A stretch of 64,000 bases of DNA from Patescibacteria group bacterium (GCA_038065475.1 JBBTQY010000008.1:6562-70561); one strand, 5' to 3'. Positions 35,860 through 45,508 are shown, counted from the first letter of the stretch. Numbers and translations are program-made. The notes: generated by a model not told the origin, from the letters alone.

Positions 35860-36684
35860 TTATTTGATTTCGTAGATCAATGAGACGTTGGCGATGATCT
35901 CATTTTCGCCAACCTGAATACTTGGTGCGGGTGCCACACTTGCCTCCATAGCGATCCCTCCCTTGCCCATATCGCGACCATAGTAGAGCGGGCCGCCGCC
36001 ATACTCATTGAACCCTGCGAGCTTGCCGAGACGCACCCCGAGGTTACCTGCGAGTACTTTGGCCTGTTCTCGAGCTTTCTCGATAGCGGCTTCACGTGCC
36101 TCAAACTTGAGACGCTCGAGAACCTCATCATCAACCGTAAACTGGAGCTGACCGATCTCGTTTACCCCTGCTTGCGTCACACCAGTTGTAATAGAGCCGA
36201 TTGTATCGAGCTTACGTACTTTGATTGAGAATGACTCTTGCACGATAAATTTCTTCTCTCCTTTGCGTGGTGGGCAGACGACACTTGCGCCATCTGAGCT
36301 TACGCATGGGCGGTAATCATACTCTTCTTGAGGATAAATATTGTACGCGGTTGTCTTGATATCGCGATCTTCGATGCCATTTTTCTTGAGAAAATCGACA
36401 ACTGCCTGTGATTTTTTCGAAGCAGCATCGCGAGCTTTCTCGAGTGATGCATTTTCCTCGCGTATCGTAAATGTAACCAGACCGATATCAGGTTTTACCA
36501 CACGCTTCTCTTCAGCAGATACCGAGATGGTGCGCGTTGGGTAGTCTTGGCTGCGATACATATTTTTTGCTGCAACGAGCAAAAAGAGTGCGAGTGACAC
36601 AAAAACAATAATAGTAAGCCAGCGCATTGCGCCACCCCCGCGTGAGCTTACGGAAACCTTAAACCCTTCTTTCTCCTGTTCCAT
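35860..36684 (-). CDS. SIMPL (DUF541) domain protein
   Basis: TISVS..VKPD, DIKT..YNIYP, AREAAIEKAREQA..LA. Confidence 0.88.
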   Translation of the reverse strand: MEQEKEGFKVSVSSRGGGAMRWLTIIVFVSLALFLLVAAKNMYRSQDYPTRTISVSAEEKRVVKPDIGLVTFTIREENASLEKARDAASKKSQAVVDFLKKNGIEDRDIKTTAYNIYPQEEYDYRPCVSSDGASVVCPPRKGEKKFIVQESFSIKVRKLDTIGSITTGVTQAGVNEIGQLQFTVDDEVLERLKFEAREAAIEKAREQAKVLAGNLGVRLGKLAGFNEYGGGPLYYGRDMGKGGIAMEASVAPAPSIQVGENEIIANVSLIYEIK

Positions 36685-36727
36685 ATAGTTTATTTAATAT
36701 AGTAATCAGTAAAGATGACCCTTGTAC

Positions 36728-37996
36728 CTATTCTAACGGGCGTGTCGGTATTTTGCTACGCGCGATAGCTCGATCATCCCACGGTATTTTTTTGCCACCC
36801 GAGAGCGCCATGAGCGGCTCGGCACCCTTGCCTGTGATTACAACCGTATCACCAACTGTCGCCTTCCCTACCGCCTGGCCAATGGCCGCCGTGCGATCGA
36901 GCTCAACTATCGGCGCATGCGCGGTCATACCCTTGGCAACTTCATCGATAATCGTTTTTGGATCTTCATCATACGGATCTTCATCGGTTAAAATAATTTC
37001 ATCACAATACTGATCGGCAATACGGCCCAGCTCGGGACGCTTCCATTTGTCGCGCCCACCACCGGCCGCGCCCAGCACACAGATAAGATGTTTCGCTTGC
37101 GGCTTGAGCGTTTGATAAACTTTTTGGAGTGCATCGGGAGTATGTGCATAATCAACAACCACCGCAAATGGTTCGCGAGCAATATATTCAAGGCGCCCTG
37201 GCACACCGAGCACTTTGGCAATCCCCTGGCGCACAGCCTCTGGTGAGACATGGTGCGCCGAGGCAACTGCGATAGCACAAAGCATATTTTCAAGATTGAA
37301 CTCGCCCTCAAGTACTGATTCAAAATGCGTACCGCCAACAGAAAAAGAAACACCGCGCTCAAATGAAATATCGGCGGGCGATATCGCGTGGAGCGAGCTC
37401 TCGAGCAAGTGCACATCTCGCGCATATTCCCATACTTCGGCATGGGGGGCCGCCTCGATAAACATTTTGGCATCAGCCATTGCTGCATTGACTACGATAT
37501 GCTTTTTCTTTTTCCATGAATTGTTGAGCGCACGAAAAATCTTGAGTTTTGCCTTGCGGTAATTTTCAAACCCGCCATGCGACTCAATATGCTCAGGTGT
37601 CAGATTGGTGATAGCAACCGTATCAAATGCGATATGCGCATGGCGGAACTGCCGCGCGCCCTCACTCGTCACCTCCAAAACAACCGTATCGCATCCTGCC
37701 GCTTTTGCATCAGATAAAAATTTCTGTACAAAAAAACGCCCTGGCATGGTCATCTTTTTATCGTTAACTATCTCATCGCTCCCAATACGAAAACGCAGCG
37801 ATGAAGCCGATGCTACTTTGTGCCCCGCCTCTTCAAAAATATGGTGCAAAATTTCTACCGTAGTCGACTTGCCATTGGTACCCGTCACCCCGATAACCGT
37901 AAGAGTGCGTGATGGAAACCAATACCAAAGAGCTGCTGCGAGCGCCATGCACCAGTGGTATGCGAGCACAAGCGGTTTTGGGATCAGTTTTTTCAT
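36728..37996 (-). CDS. murE: UDP-MurNAc-tripeptide synthetase MurE
   Basis: GVTGTNGKST, LEVTSEG, TNLTPEHI, DYAHTPDAL, DEDPYDEDP, GKG. Confidence 0.92.
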   Translation of the reverse strand: MKKLIPKPLVLAYHWCMALAAALWYWFPSRTLTVIGVTGTNGKSTTVEILHHIFEEAGHKVASASSLRFRIGSDEIVNDKKMTMPGRFFVQKFLSDAKAAGCDTVVLEVTSEGARQFRHAHIAFDTVAITNLTPEHIESHGGFENYRKAKLKIFRALNNSWKKKKHIVVNAAMADAKMFIEAAPHAEVWEYARDVHLLESSLHAISPADISFERGVSFSVGGTHFESVLEGEFNLENMLCAIAVASAHHVSPEAVRQGIAKVLGVPGRLEYIAREPFAVVVDYAHTPDALQKVYQTLKPQAKHLICVLGAAGGGRDKWKRPELGRIADQYCDEIILTDEDPYDEDPKTIIDEVAKGMTAHAPIVELDRTAAIGQAVGKATVGDTVVITGKGAEPLMALSGGKKIPWDDRAIARSKIPTRPLE

Positions 37997-38568
37997 GATG
38001 CGTTCTTGCCCAACAACTTAAGCGCTTCTTTGATTTTACCATCAATACTTTCGATATCACGCGGCAATTTGTGGAGCGCGTCGCGTGCTTCACGCACGTT
38101 GTAGCCAAGCGATACCAGTGCATCGAGCGCATCTGATTCTTCCGATGAGATGGTGACGCCCTCAACTCCTCCGAGTTTATCTTTGAGCTCAAGCATAATT
38201 TTCTCTGCCGTCTTTCTACCGATGCCTGATATTTTTGTAAGATACACGGTCTCGCCAGATGCAATAGCACGCCGAAGCGAATCGAGTGGAGCCACAGACA
38301 AAACACCGAGCGCAGAGCGTGGGCCAATGCCCGAGATACTAATAAGCATCTCGAACATTTCGAGCTCGCTCATTGTGGCAAAGCCGTAGAGCTCGAGTGC
38401 CGTCTCGCGTACTGCCAAGTGCGTAAAAAGCTCGACTGCCTCGCCTTTTTTAGGCAATGTCTTTGCTGTCTCCAGTGAAACCGAGACTTTATAGCCAACA
38501 CCACCAACATTGATGATGAGATGCTTGGTGCCGCGGAATGCGAGAATACCTGTCAGATGCGCAATCAT
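37993..38568 (-). CDS. ruvA: Holliday junction branch migration protein RuvA
   Basis: GGVGY, LYGF, ISGIGPRSA, GIGRKTAEKI, ALVSLGY. Confidence 0.96.
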   Translation of the reverse strand: MIAHLTGILAFRGTKHLIINVGGVGYKVSVSLETAKTLPKKGEAVELFTHLAVRETALELYGFATMSELEMFEMLISISGIGPRSALGVLSVAPLDSLRRAIASGETVYLTKISGIGRKTAEKIMLELKDKLGGVEGVTISSEESDALDALVSLGYNVREARDALHKLPRDIESIDGKIKEALKLLGKNAS

Positions 38569-38603
38569 TATGCTTTGAGTATATCGAATGTAAGTATAAA
38601 AAC

Positions 38604-38626
38604 AAAAAACGACCCCGTCAGGGTCG
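38604..38626 (-). terminator. Intrinsic terminator after hammerhead
   Basis: Minus strand CGACCC-TGACG-GGGTCG-TTTTT. Confidence 0.75.
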
Positions 38627-38630
38627 CTTG

Positions 38631-38689
38631 CCGATTTCGTCCTCCGTAAACTCCGGACTCATCAGACGAAGCATGCACTTCGTGATCGG
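38631..38689 (-). ncRNA. Type III hammerhead ribozyme
   Basis: Minus strand CCGA-UC-ACGAAG(UGCAUG)CUUCGU-CUGAUGA-GUCC(GGAGUUUACGGA)GGAC-GAAA-UCGG: full catalytic core and all three stems. Confidence 0.88.
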
Positions 38690-38749
38690 TGGGGGTTTTG
38701 GTTCGAGAAAACCCCGTAAACTCGGCTTTGGAACGCACGATTGATTGCG

Positions 38750-38905
38750 TCAGTGCCTGCGAGTCAATCCTTTCCGGATCAAGGTCGCGAGAGCAAGGCC
38801 CAGAAAGGCAGCTCCCATGACGATGCCGATGGGCCTGTCTCTGAAGAGCAGGCTGATGAGAGCTCCTCCAGCGAGAAAGAACAAGAAATCAATCCTATCC
38901 TTCAT
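38750..38905 (-). CDS. 51-aa two-TM small membrane protein (not in ORF track)
   Basis: MKDRIDFLFFLAGGALISLLFRDRPIGIVMGAAFLGLALATLIRKGLTRRH; AAGGAG upstream. Confidence 0.6.
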   Translation of the reverse strand: MKDRIDFLFFLAGGALISLLFRDRPIGIVMGAAFLGLALATLIRKGLTRRH

Positions 38906-38949
38906 GACTCATGGCTCCTTATGACAGATTTATGTCGCTAAAGCAGCGA

Positions 38950-39195
38950 CTAGTGCAGAGTGCGCTGCGAGCAGTCGCCGCTGCGTTGCGGCGGAAGATA
39001 GGATCGCGGGCGCTCCTGCGCGAGACGTGCGGCACGCTCCCGCTTGTACTGCTGCCACTGTCTCTCCTTCCGTCGCTCCTCGAGTGCCTCTCCGATCCAC
39101 ATGAGAAAGCAACAACCCATGATGAAGCTGCCGCCGAAGATCGAGGGACCCATGATCATCAACAGGAAATAGGTGATGTTAACGGGCTGTTCCAT
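38950..39195 (-). CDS. 81-aa single-TM orphan protein
   Basis: ATG 39195 after GAGAGGAG; TTGACA-17-TATAAT promoter near 39280-39307. Confidence 0.65.
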   Translation of the reverse strand: MEQPVNITYFLLMIMGPSIFGGSFIMGCCFLMWIGEALEERRKERQWQQYKRERAARLAQERPRSYLPPQRSGDCSQRTLH

Positions 39196-39363
39196 GAGAA
39201 ATCTCCTCTCGTTTGTCTTTGCGCTTAAGAAGAGCCTTGCGGCTTTTCTTTGAAAAGAATAACTCAACTCTGCAAGTAATTATAGCACTATTTATATGTT
39301 CTGTCAATATCATAAAACTGTTGAAATATAAGGGTTTTTGGATAAATATGCTATCATCCCCCT

Positions 39364-41310
39364 ATGACATTTCACCTTGTCTCACAATTTAAACCATCAG
39401 GCGACCAGCCTCGCGCAATCGAGCAACTTTCGCGCGGACTTGCGGACAACAAACAATACCAAACACTCTTGGGGGTTACCGGCTCAGGTAAGACATTTAC
39501 CATGGCAAATATTATCGCAAACACTGGCAGGCCTGCACTCATCCTCTCTCACAACAAAACTCTTGCCGCACAACTCTACGAAGAGTTTAAAGAATTTTTT
39601 CCTGACAATGCGGTGCATTATTTTGTCAGCTACTACGACTACTACCAACCGGAAGCCTATCTGCCCAATACTGATACCTATATAGAGAAGGATGCAAAAA
39701 TAAACCAGTTTATCGATGAACTTCGTCATGCGGCAACGCAAGCCGCACTCACACGTAAAGATTTAATCATCGTCGCATCAGTCTCCGCCATCTACGGCAT
39801 CGGCGCGCCAGAAGCCTATTTGGATTTTTCGTTTGTGTTGTGCCGAGGCGATCACATGAGCCTCAAGACACTTTCAAACAAACTTGCGGAGCTTCAATAT
39901 ATACGCAACGATATCGAGCGCAAACCGGGTACCTGGTCACGCAAGGGTGATTCGGTCATTGTGGTACTTCCATCAGGCGATCGAACGGTACGTATAAACT
40001 TTTTTGGTGACGAAGTAGAAGAAGTGCTCGAGGGTCCTGCGGGGCTCGATACACAACTCTCGCCTCAACCCGAGATCCGTATATTCCCCGCCAAGCACTT
40101 TATGACACCCGAAGATGATATCAAGCGCGCAACAGTTGCTATAGAAAAAGAACTCGCAGAACGCATTAAAGAGTTTGAGAAAAACGGCAAAGAGCTTGAA
40201 GCTGAACGCCTACGCCGCCGCGTGCGCTATGATTTGCAGATGCTTCGCGAGACGGGCTATACATTGGGCATTGAAAACTACTCGCGGCATCTAGCAGGTC
40301 GCGCGCCCGGCGAGCCACCAACAACCATGATTGATTATATGCCTGAAGGATTTATCACCTTTGTCGATGAATCACATATGACACTCCCCCAGATCAGAGG
40401 TATGCAAGCGGGAGACCGTGCGCGCAAAACCACACTTGTTGATTTTGGCTTTCGCCTGCCATCTGCACTCGATAACCGCCCGCTTACCGAAAGTGAGTTT
40501 AGAAAAAAAGTGGGGCAAACTATTTTTGTATCAGCCACGCCCAGCGCCTATGAAATTGCACACGGCAATATCGCCGAACAACTCATCCGCCCTACGGGAC
40601 TTCTCGATCCCACGGTTGAAGTGCGGCCCGCAGGCAAACAGATTGCTGATGCAGAAAAAGAAATAGTCATCCGCGCCAAGAAAAAAGAACGTTCACTTGT
40701 GGTGGCGCTCACCAAAAAGATGGCGGAAGACATTGCCGAGTATTTAGGCGAGCGTGATTTGAAAATCGCCTGGCTTCACTCGGAGGTTAAAACAATCGAG
40801 CGCTATGAGATCTTGCAGCAGCTACGCCGCGGCGATGTCGATGCGGTAGTGGGCATTAACCTACTGCGTGAGGGACTTGATTTGCCTGAGGTATCGCTTA
40901 TTTGTATTCTTGATGCTGACAAAGAAGGCTTCCTGCGTAATGTGACATCGTTTATACAAACCATGGGTCGCGCCTCGCGCCACCCAAACGGACATGTGAT
41001 TTTGTACGCGGACAAGATGACTGACTCGATGAAAACAGCGATAGCCGAGACTACGCGCCGCCGTGCATACCAAGAAGCGTACAACAAAGCCAATGGCATC
41101 ACGCCCACTGCACTCATCAAAGAAATCCGCAAACCGATATTTATAGGTAAGAAAAAGATTGATAAAGAAGATTTACTCGCCATAGCAAATAAAGACAAAC
41201 GATCAGTCGCGGAGCTTAAAAAAGAAGTGGAGGCAGAAATGCTCGAGGAGGCCGCACGCCTCAACTTTGAACGCGCCGCCGAGCTTCGCGATATTCTAAA
41301 AGGCTTGTAA
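39364..41310 (+). CDS. uvrB: Excinuclease ABC subunit B
   Basis: GVTGSGKT, FVSYYDYYQPEAY, DESH, GINLLREGLD, FERAAELRD. Confidence 0.98.
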   Translation: MTFHLVSQFKPSGDQPRAIEQLSRGLADNKQYQTLLGVTGSGKTFTMANIIANTGRPALILSHNKTLAAQLYEEFKEFFPDNAVHYFVSYYDYYQPEAYLPNTDTYIEKDAKINQFIDELRHAATQAALTRKDLIIVASVSAIYGIGAPEAYLDFSFVLCRGDHMSLKTLSNKLAELQYIRNDIERKPGTWSRKGDSVIVVLPSGDRTVRINFFGDEVEEVLEGPAGLDTQLSPQPEIRIFPAKHFMTPEDDIKRATVAIEKELAERIKEFEKNGKELEAERLRRRVRYDLQMLRETGYTLGIENYSRHLAGRAPGEPPTTMIDYMPEGFITFVDESHMTLPQIRGMQAGDRARKTTLVDFGFRLPSALDNRPLTESEFRKKVGQTIFVSATPSAYEIAHGNIAEQLIRPTGLLDPTVEVRPAGKQIADAEKEIVIRAKKKERSLVVALTKKMAEDIAEYLGERDLKIAWLHSEVKTIERYEILQQLRRGDVDAVVGINLLREGLDLPEVSLICILDADKEGFLRNVTSFIQTMGRASRHPNGHVILYADKMTDSMKTAIAETTRRRAYQEAYNKANGITPTALIKEIRKPIFIGKKKIDKEDLLAIANKDKRSVAELKKEVEAEMLEEAARLNFERAAELRDILKGL

Positions 41311-41354
41311 AAATAAAATGGAGCCGCCTTATTAGACAGCTCCCGATGTACCTC

Positions 41355-41543
41355 TTAGCGACTGCGAAGTGCTCGCTTGATCTCACACAAGCGCACTTCA
41401 AGTCTGGCAAGTTCGGCTGCGTAGCCAGCTCTCCTGAAAGTGAACTTGTTGCCGTGAAATTCCTTCCTCCGCAGTTCGTGAAGCGCCCTGACCCGTGCAC
41501 GAAGCGATTTGGGATCACAAATTTCTTCGACCGATTTGTTCAC
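41355..41543 (-). CDS. Small basic orphan protein
   Basis: GTG after GGGAGG, downstream hairpin. Confidence 0.5.
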   Translation of the reverse strand: MNKSVEEICDPKSLRARVRALHELRRKEFHGNKFTFRRAGYAAELARLEVRLCEIKRALRSR

Positions 41544-41617
41544 GACGTGCCCTCCCTCGGAACTTGTTTAGCAAAATATTAGCGATAAAAGAAAAAACAA
41601 GCAAGAGATGCCGCCCA

Positions 41618-42277
41618 CTAGTAGTCTTTATTGAGCCTCTGCCAATTTTCTTTCGGACGCACCGCCGCTGAGCCCGCGTGGCAAAGTGGGCATTCTTCCG
41701 GCGTCCAAATCGGCATCGGGTGGTTGATAAGTGAAATTATTTTTCTACCCCCAACCTCACCCGCGCCCGATCTATTTACCAACACTGCGACATAGGGCAA
41801 CGCTGCCCCGCCGACACCTACCACGGCTTGTGCTGTGAGCTCAACACTCCCACCCGTATTGAGTACGTCTTCGACAAAAAGAATTTTTTCTCCCGCGCAC
41901 ACCTTGGTATCAGTAAATACCATAGTCTTTTGCGCGCCCTCTCCCACCTTTGCGGGAGATGCCCATGCGCACGCACAATCTCGCCTTTTAGAAATCTCAG
42001 CCGCCATGCTTTCTGCCAGCCGCGTAGCGCCAGTCTGCGGACCCACAACGGAATCAATACTGTTGATATCAAACCCTGTATCTTGCGAGAGCTGAATAAC
42101 AAGATCTCGCGATGCTTCAGCAAGAAGTCCTGCATCCTCAGTCACGAGCTTACTATTAAAATACCCACCCGAGTGATTACCTGAGGTCAGCAACGCATGC
42201 GGCCTTTCGACATTGCCATCATGAAGCCAGAGCGCCTCTTTATTTTTATACTTCTGGATCCAATCACCAGCAGACAT
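41618..42277 (-). CDS. pyrE: Orotate phosphoribosyltransferase-like PRTase
   Basis: LTSGNHS..YF, VEDVLNTGGS PRPP motif, CPLC tail. Confidence 0.8.
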   Translation of the reverse strand: MSAGDWIQKYKNKEALWLHDGNVERPHALLTSGNHSGGYFNSKLVTEDAGLLAEASRDLVIQLSQDTGFDINSIDSVVGPQTGATRLAESMAAEISKRRDCACAWASPAKVGEGAQKTMVFTDTKVCAGEKILFVEDVLNTGGSVELTAQAVVGVGGAALPYVAVLVNRSGAGEVGGRKIISLINHPMPIWTPEECPLCHAGSAAVRPKENWQRLNKDY

Positions 42278-42281
42278 CCGA

Positions 42282-42602
42282 TTAACTCTTGTATCTTTTC
42301 TCAACTGCCTCAACAAGATCTTTCTCACTCATACCAACCAGTTCAGCGAGACGCAGAACATTGATAAAAGATTTCACAACGCTTGTTTTGAGCGTTTCTG
42401 TATCTAACTCTTTGCCATGATCAACCGCTTCGCTGATACCCGCGATAACTCCTGATACTTTTGCAAAATGAAGAGCTGAATGGTTAATAGCAAAGAGTAG
42501 ACGTTTTTTATCATCCGCACCCTTAAGCTCGGGGTATTTTTCCTCATTAAAAACATTATTATCTGCGACAAATTGTATGAGTTTATCGATATTTCCGTTC
42601 AT
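42282..42602 (-). CDS. MazG-like all-alpha pyrophosphatase, possibly degenerate
   Basis: HSALHFAKVSG..E..DHG helical pattern. Confidence 0.5.
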   Translation of the reverse strand: MNGNIDKLIQFVADNNVFNEEKYPELKGADDKKRLLFAINHSALHFAKVSGVIAGISEAVDHGKELDTETLKTSVVKSFINVLRLAELVGMSEKDLVEAVEKRYKS

Positions 42603-42734
42603 AATCTCAATCTAGCACGCCCAACTTGTTAGCAAAAGAAAGTATGTCACATCCTTAGAAACCTTTATTGACAAGGCGCCTATAACTCACATAAAGTTAT
42701 ATTGAAATTTTCATCCGGACGAAAGGAGAGAACC

Positions 42735-42953
42735 TTGAAGAGGTGCGAAAATAAAGAAGTCGCCCCCAACCAACCAGGGAACCAGCATCGCGAGGTCGGC
42801 AGAAGCTTCGAGGACGTGGTGGCACACGCCACCGACAAGACGGGTGCGGTCGATCTCGGCCGCATGCAGGAACTCGAAGGCCGCTTCGGAACCAACGGCG
42901 GACGCGACTGCGACGTGCTGGAAGGCCCCTGCTCCTGCGGCGCCTGGCACTGA
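42735..42953 (+). CDS. Small protein ending in a C-x6-C-x-C-x3-H metal-binding motif
   Basis: SD AGGAG plus TTG, GTNGGRDCDVLEGPCSCGAWH, TTGACA promoter, terminator GAGACCATCAC/GTGATGGTCTC. Confidence 0.7.
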   Translation: MKRCENKEVAPNQPGNQHREVGRSFEDVVAHATDKTGAVDLGRMQELEGRFGTNGGRDCDVLEGPCSCGAWH

Positions 42954-43224
42954 AGCCCTCTCGAGACCATCACCGTGATGGTCTCTTTTTTATTTCAGAA
43001 AAAAGTTGCGCTAACGAATAGGATGCGATACCTGCATTTTTACGTCGAACAAAAAAATAAACACAAAAAAATCATAAAAAAGCGTCCGCGCACCTTGCCG
43101 GACGCTTTTTTTGTGTTCAAAAAATGAGCACCCACAACAATACCATAACTGGGTCGCACAATTTCGAAAAAAAGTTGAGTTATCCACTTCCACCAGTAGA
43201 ACGCCGAATAGTAATATTAATATG

Positions 43225-43721
43225 CGTACCGTTACAAACAGGACTGATCCCCCTTATGAGCAACACTAAGGCAGTAAATCTGTTTCGAGTTCTGGCGTAG
43301 GTTCCAAAAGGATCAACGCCGCAAGGCGGTTCACCGAAAGGTGTTGCGCCCTACGCTAGAACTCGGTACGGATTTTTTTGTGCCCCTTCTCCTGCGCCAT
43401 TGTTGTGCGCAGGTGCTGGCGGCATTAAATGTCGCTTGTATCGATACATGGCGGAAACGCCAGTACAACGCTAGGGGCCATATGACAAAATGGCACTCTA
43501 CGAAGCCTGATTTCAAGAAATTCTTGATCGATGGCTTCATTCTTACTCAGTGTATTCGCCGCAACGGTGGATGGCTGTGTATGCTGGATGATAAATATTT
43601 CAAATTTCCATCCGGCACGGGGAAAGGAAAACGCCCCCGATCCGAAGATGAAGGCGTTTCCAATGATCAAAAAAACTAATTTAGTTTTCCGAGCCTTTCT
43701 AGCTAGAGGGCTCGGTTTTTT
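43225..43721 (+). ncRNA. Large (~490 nt) highly structured ncRNA of unknown class
   Basis: More than 12 stems with G-U wobbles on the + strand, GCAA/GAAA tetraloops, multibranch junctions, terminal intrinsic terminator. Confidence 0.75.
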
Positions 43722-43904
43722 ATTAAGATGAACCTTTAATATCTTCACTATAGCGCATGCGAGCCGTCCGCATAGTGGCCATTATCCACAGTACTCACAC
43801 TACGGCGACCGTCTTAATTGGAGGTCTTTTCTACTACGTGGCTATGGGTAAAGTATCCTTCTATAGTATTGACGTAAAACCTAAAAACGGGTACTCTGGA
43901 GTCC

Positions 43905-44168
43905 ATGCCGAATACATCATCAGCAGCCAAGGCATTACGCCAATCAGAGCGCAAACGCGTACGAAACGTCCGCCGCAAGCGTTCACTTCGTGACGTCCTC
44001 AAACAGTTTGAAAAAGCTGTGGCCGCCAAAAACAAAGCGGAAGCTACTAAACTCTTCCCCGCTGTCCAGAAGGCACTCGATAAGACCGCAAAATCAGGCC
44101 TCATCAAGAAAAACAACGCCTCACGTAGAAAGTCTCGTCTTTCGGCTCAAATCAAAAAACTCTCATAA
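43905..44168 (+). CDS. rpsT: 30S ribosomal protein S20
   Basis: MPNTSSAAKALRQSE..LDKTAKSGLIKKNNASRRKSRL. Confidence 0.96.
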   Translation: MPNTSSAAKALRQSERKRVRNVRRKRSLRDVLKQFEKAVAAKNKAEATKLFPAVQKALDKTAKSGLIKKNNASRRKSRLSAQIKKLS

Positions 44169-44184
44169 GCGAGCTGAAAGTCTT

Positions 44185-45060
44185 TTAGCGAGCTGTTAGT
44201 AGAAAATAAAGAAACCTTGTCTCCAGGGTTTCTTTTTTTCTCATGTCACTCATCTCGAGAAGCTGTAAATATGCCTCTTCAATCTGATCGCGCGAAAAGT
44301 TGCGCATCTGCTGCTTTGCCTTGCCGAGTACAAACGGCTTTACGCCCGCCGTGTTACCCGATGCTACGCGTGCCAAATTTTTGATATGCCACATAAAGGG
44401 GCGTAAAATATCATCCGCACTGTACCCGGCGCGCACAAAACGCTCAAACAAAAGTGCGGCGCGGGCACGCTCACCCGACCCCCACAAGTCTCCGAGCGAA
44501 AACAAATCTCTATCGGCGGGTCCAGATGTCTGTGCCTCAGAAGATTCCCCTCCCAACAAAACCTTTTCAAGCTCGCGCGAAAAGCGATCAGGGGTATTGT
44601 TATATATTGACCACAATAATTCTTTTTGTGGCGCTGCAACTAACACATCAAACTCTTTGGCGCGCGTATCGATATATGCCGAAAACTTCTGGCGCGTAAA
44701 ATCGCCAAATTCTTCTTTTTTGTTGGCATATTTTTCGATATCACTAAAAATCTTGTTTTTTATGGGCACGCCTTCTTCCCAAAAAACAACTACCGAGTCA
44801 TCTTGAGCCCAACGCTCAAGATGCATCTTGAGCGCCTCGCGCATATCCGCATCAAGCTCTGAGGCATATTTGATGATATAAAAGTCCTTAGAACCAAAAA
44901 GTGAACCAGAACCAATAGCGAGAAGGCGTGCGCCACCCGCCTCGTCTGTACAATCAATCATCTCCCAGGCGGGGCCCGCCTCGCGGCGGAAGCGTACAGC
45001 AAAACGCTCCAGCATCTCGCGCGATGCGGTCGTATTCGAGCCGTACAATAGATAGATCAT
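44185..45060 (-). CDS. holA: DNA polymerase III delta subunit
   Basis: MIYLLYG, SLFG, ELEK, size and layout of delta. Confidence 0.8.
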   Translation of the reverse strand: MIYLLYGSNTTASREMLERFAVRFRREAGPAWEMIDCTDEAGGARLLAIGSGSLFGSKDFYIIKYASELDADMREALKMHLERWAQDDSVVVFWEEGVPIKNKIFSDIEKYANKKEEFGDFTRQKFSAYIDTRAKEFDVLVAAPQKELLWSIYNNTPDRFSRELEKVLLGGESSEAQTSGPADRDLFSLGDLWGSGERARAALLFERFVRAGYSADDILRPFMWHIKNLARVASGNTAGVKPFVLGKAKQQMRNFSRDQIEEAYLQLLEMSDMRKKETLETRFLYFLLTAR

Positions 45061-45491
45061 TTTCCTATGTAGTTTGCCTCGAGCACTTTTTTGATAGTCT
45101 CTACAATCTCTTGCGGCGTGTGGTGCGCTTTGATCATAAATTCTGCAGCGCCCAGCTTCATCGCCTGATCAACATCATCGCGCGATCCAAGGTTTGAGAT
45201 CACGATAACCGGAATAGATGCAAACTCATGCTGCGCCTTGAGCTCAGTTAAAATCTCGAAGCCACCCTTACCCGGCAATACCAAATCAAGCAAAATGATG
45301 TGCGGCTGATCTTTGCGTACAGCAGCAAAGGCCTCGTCAGCATTTACGGCCTCAATAACCGTAAAGCCCTCATGCTTTATTTTTTCAGTCAGAAGACTGC
45401 GCAAAAATTTGTCATCTTCAACGACGAGAATCTTCATCTCGCCTCGCTTGAGCATTGATGAAATGGGTACCGATGAACCGCTTGATGTCAT
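45057..45491 (-). CDS. Single-domain response regulator (CheY-like)
   Basis: ILVVEDD, LLDLVLPG..GF, ISN, GA..F.IK. Confidence 0.92.
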   Translation of the reverse strand: MTSSGSSVPISSMLKRGEMKILVVEDDKFLRSLLTEKIKHEGFTVIEAVNADEAFAAVRKDQPHIILLDLVLPGKGGFEILTELKAQHEFASIPVIVISNLGSRDDVDQAMKLGAAEFMIKAHHTPQEIVETIKKVLEANYIGK

Positions 45492-45508
45492 GGGGTTAGA
45501 CTAGCATA

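Noticed and set aside
43225-43721. Large RNA as RNase P RNA, tmRNA or a self-splicing intron
   Set aside because: No GAGGAAAGUCC/P4 motif, no tRNA-like ends, and no recognisable group I P7 or group II domain V on either strand by eye; no interrupted host gene.
43341-43748. Track ORFs 43341-43679 (+) and 43425-43748 (-)
   Set aside because: No start signals or recognisable motifs; dense RNA structure explains the region better.
43782-43790. Perfect DnaA box TTATCCACA (also 56481; near-match at 43180) as a second origin
   Set aside because: Isolated boxes with no cluster; the dnaA-flanking regions are the better oriC.
43745-43850. Two weak hairpins between the large RNA terminator and the rpsT promoter
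   Set aside because: Pairing is imperfect, with no promoter or terminator to define a transcript.
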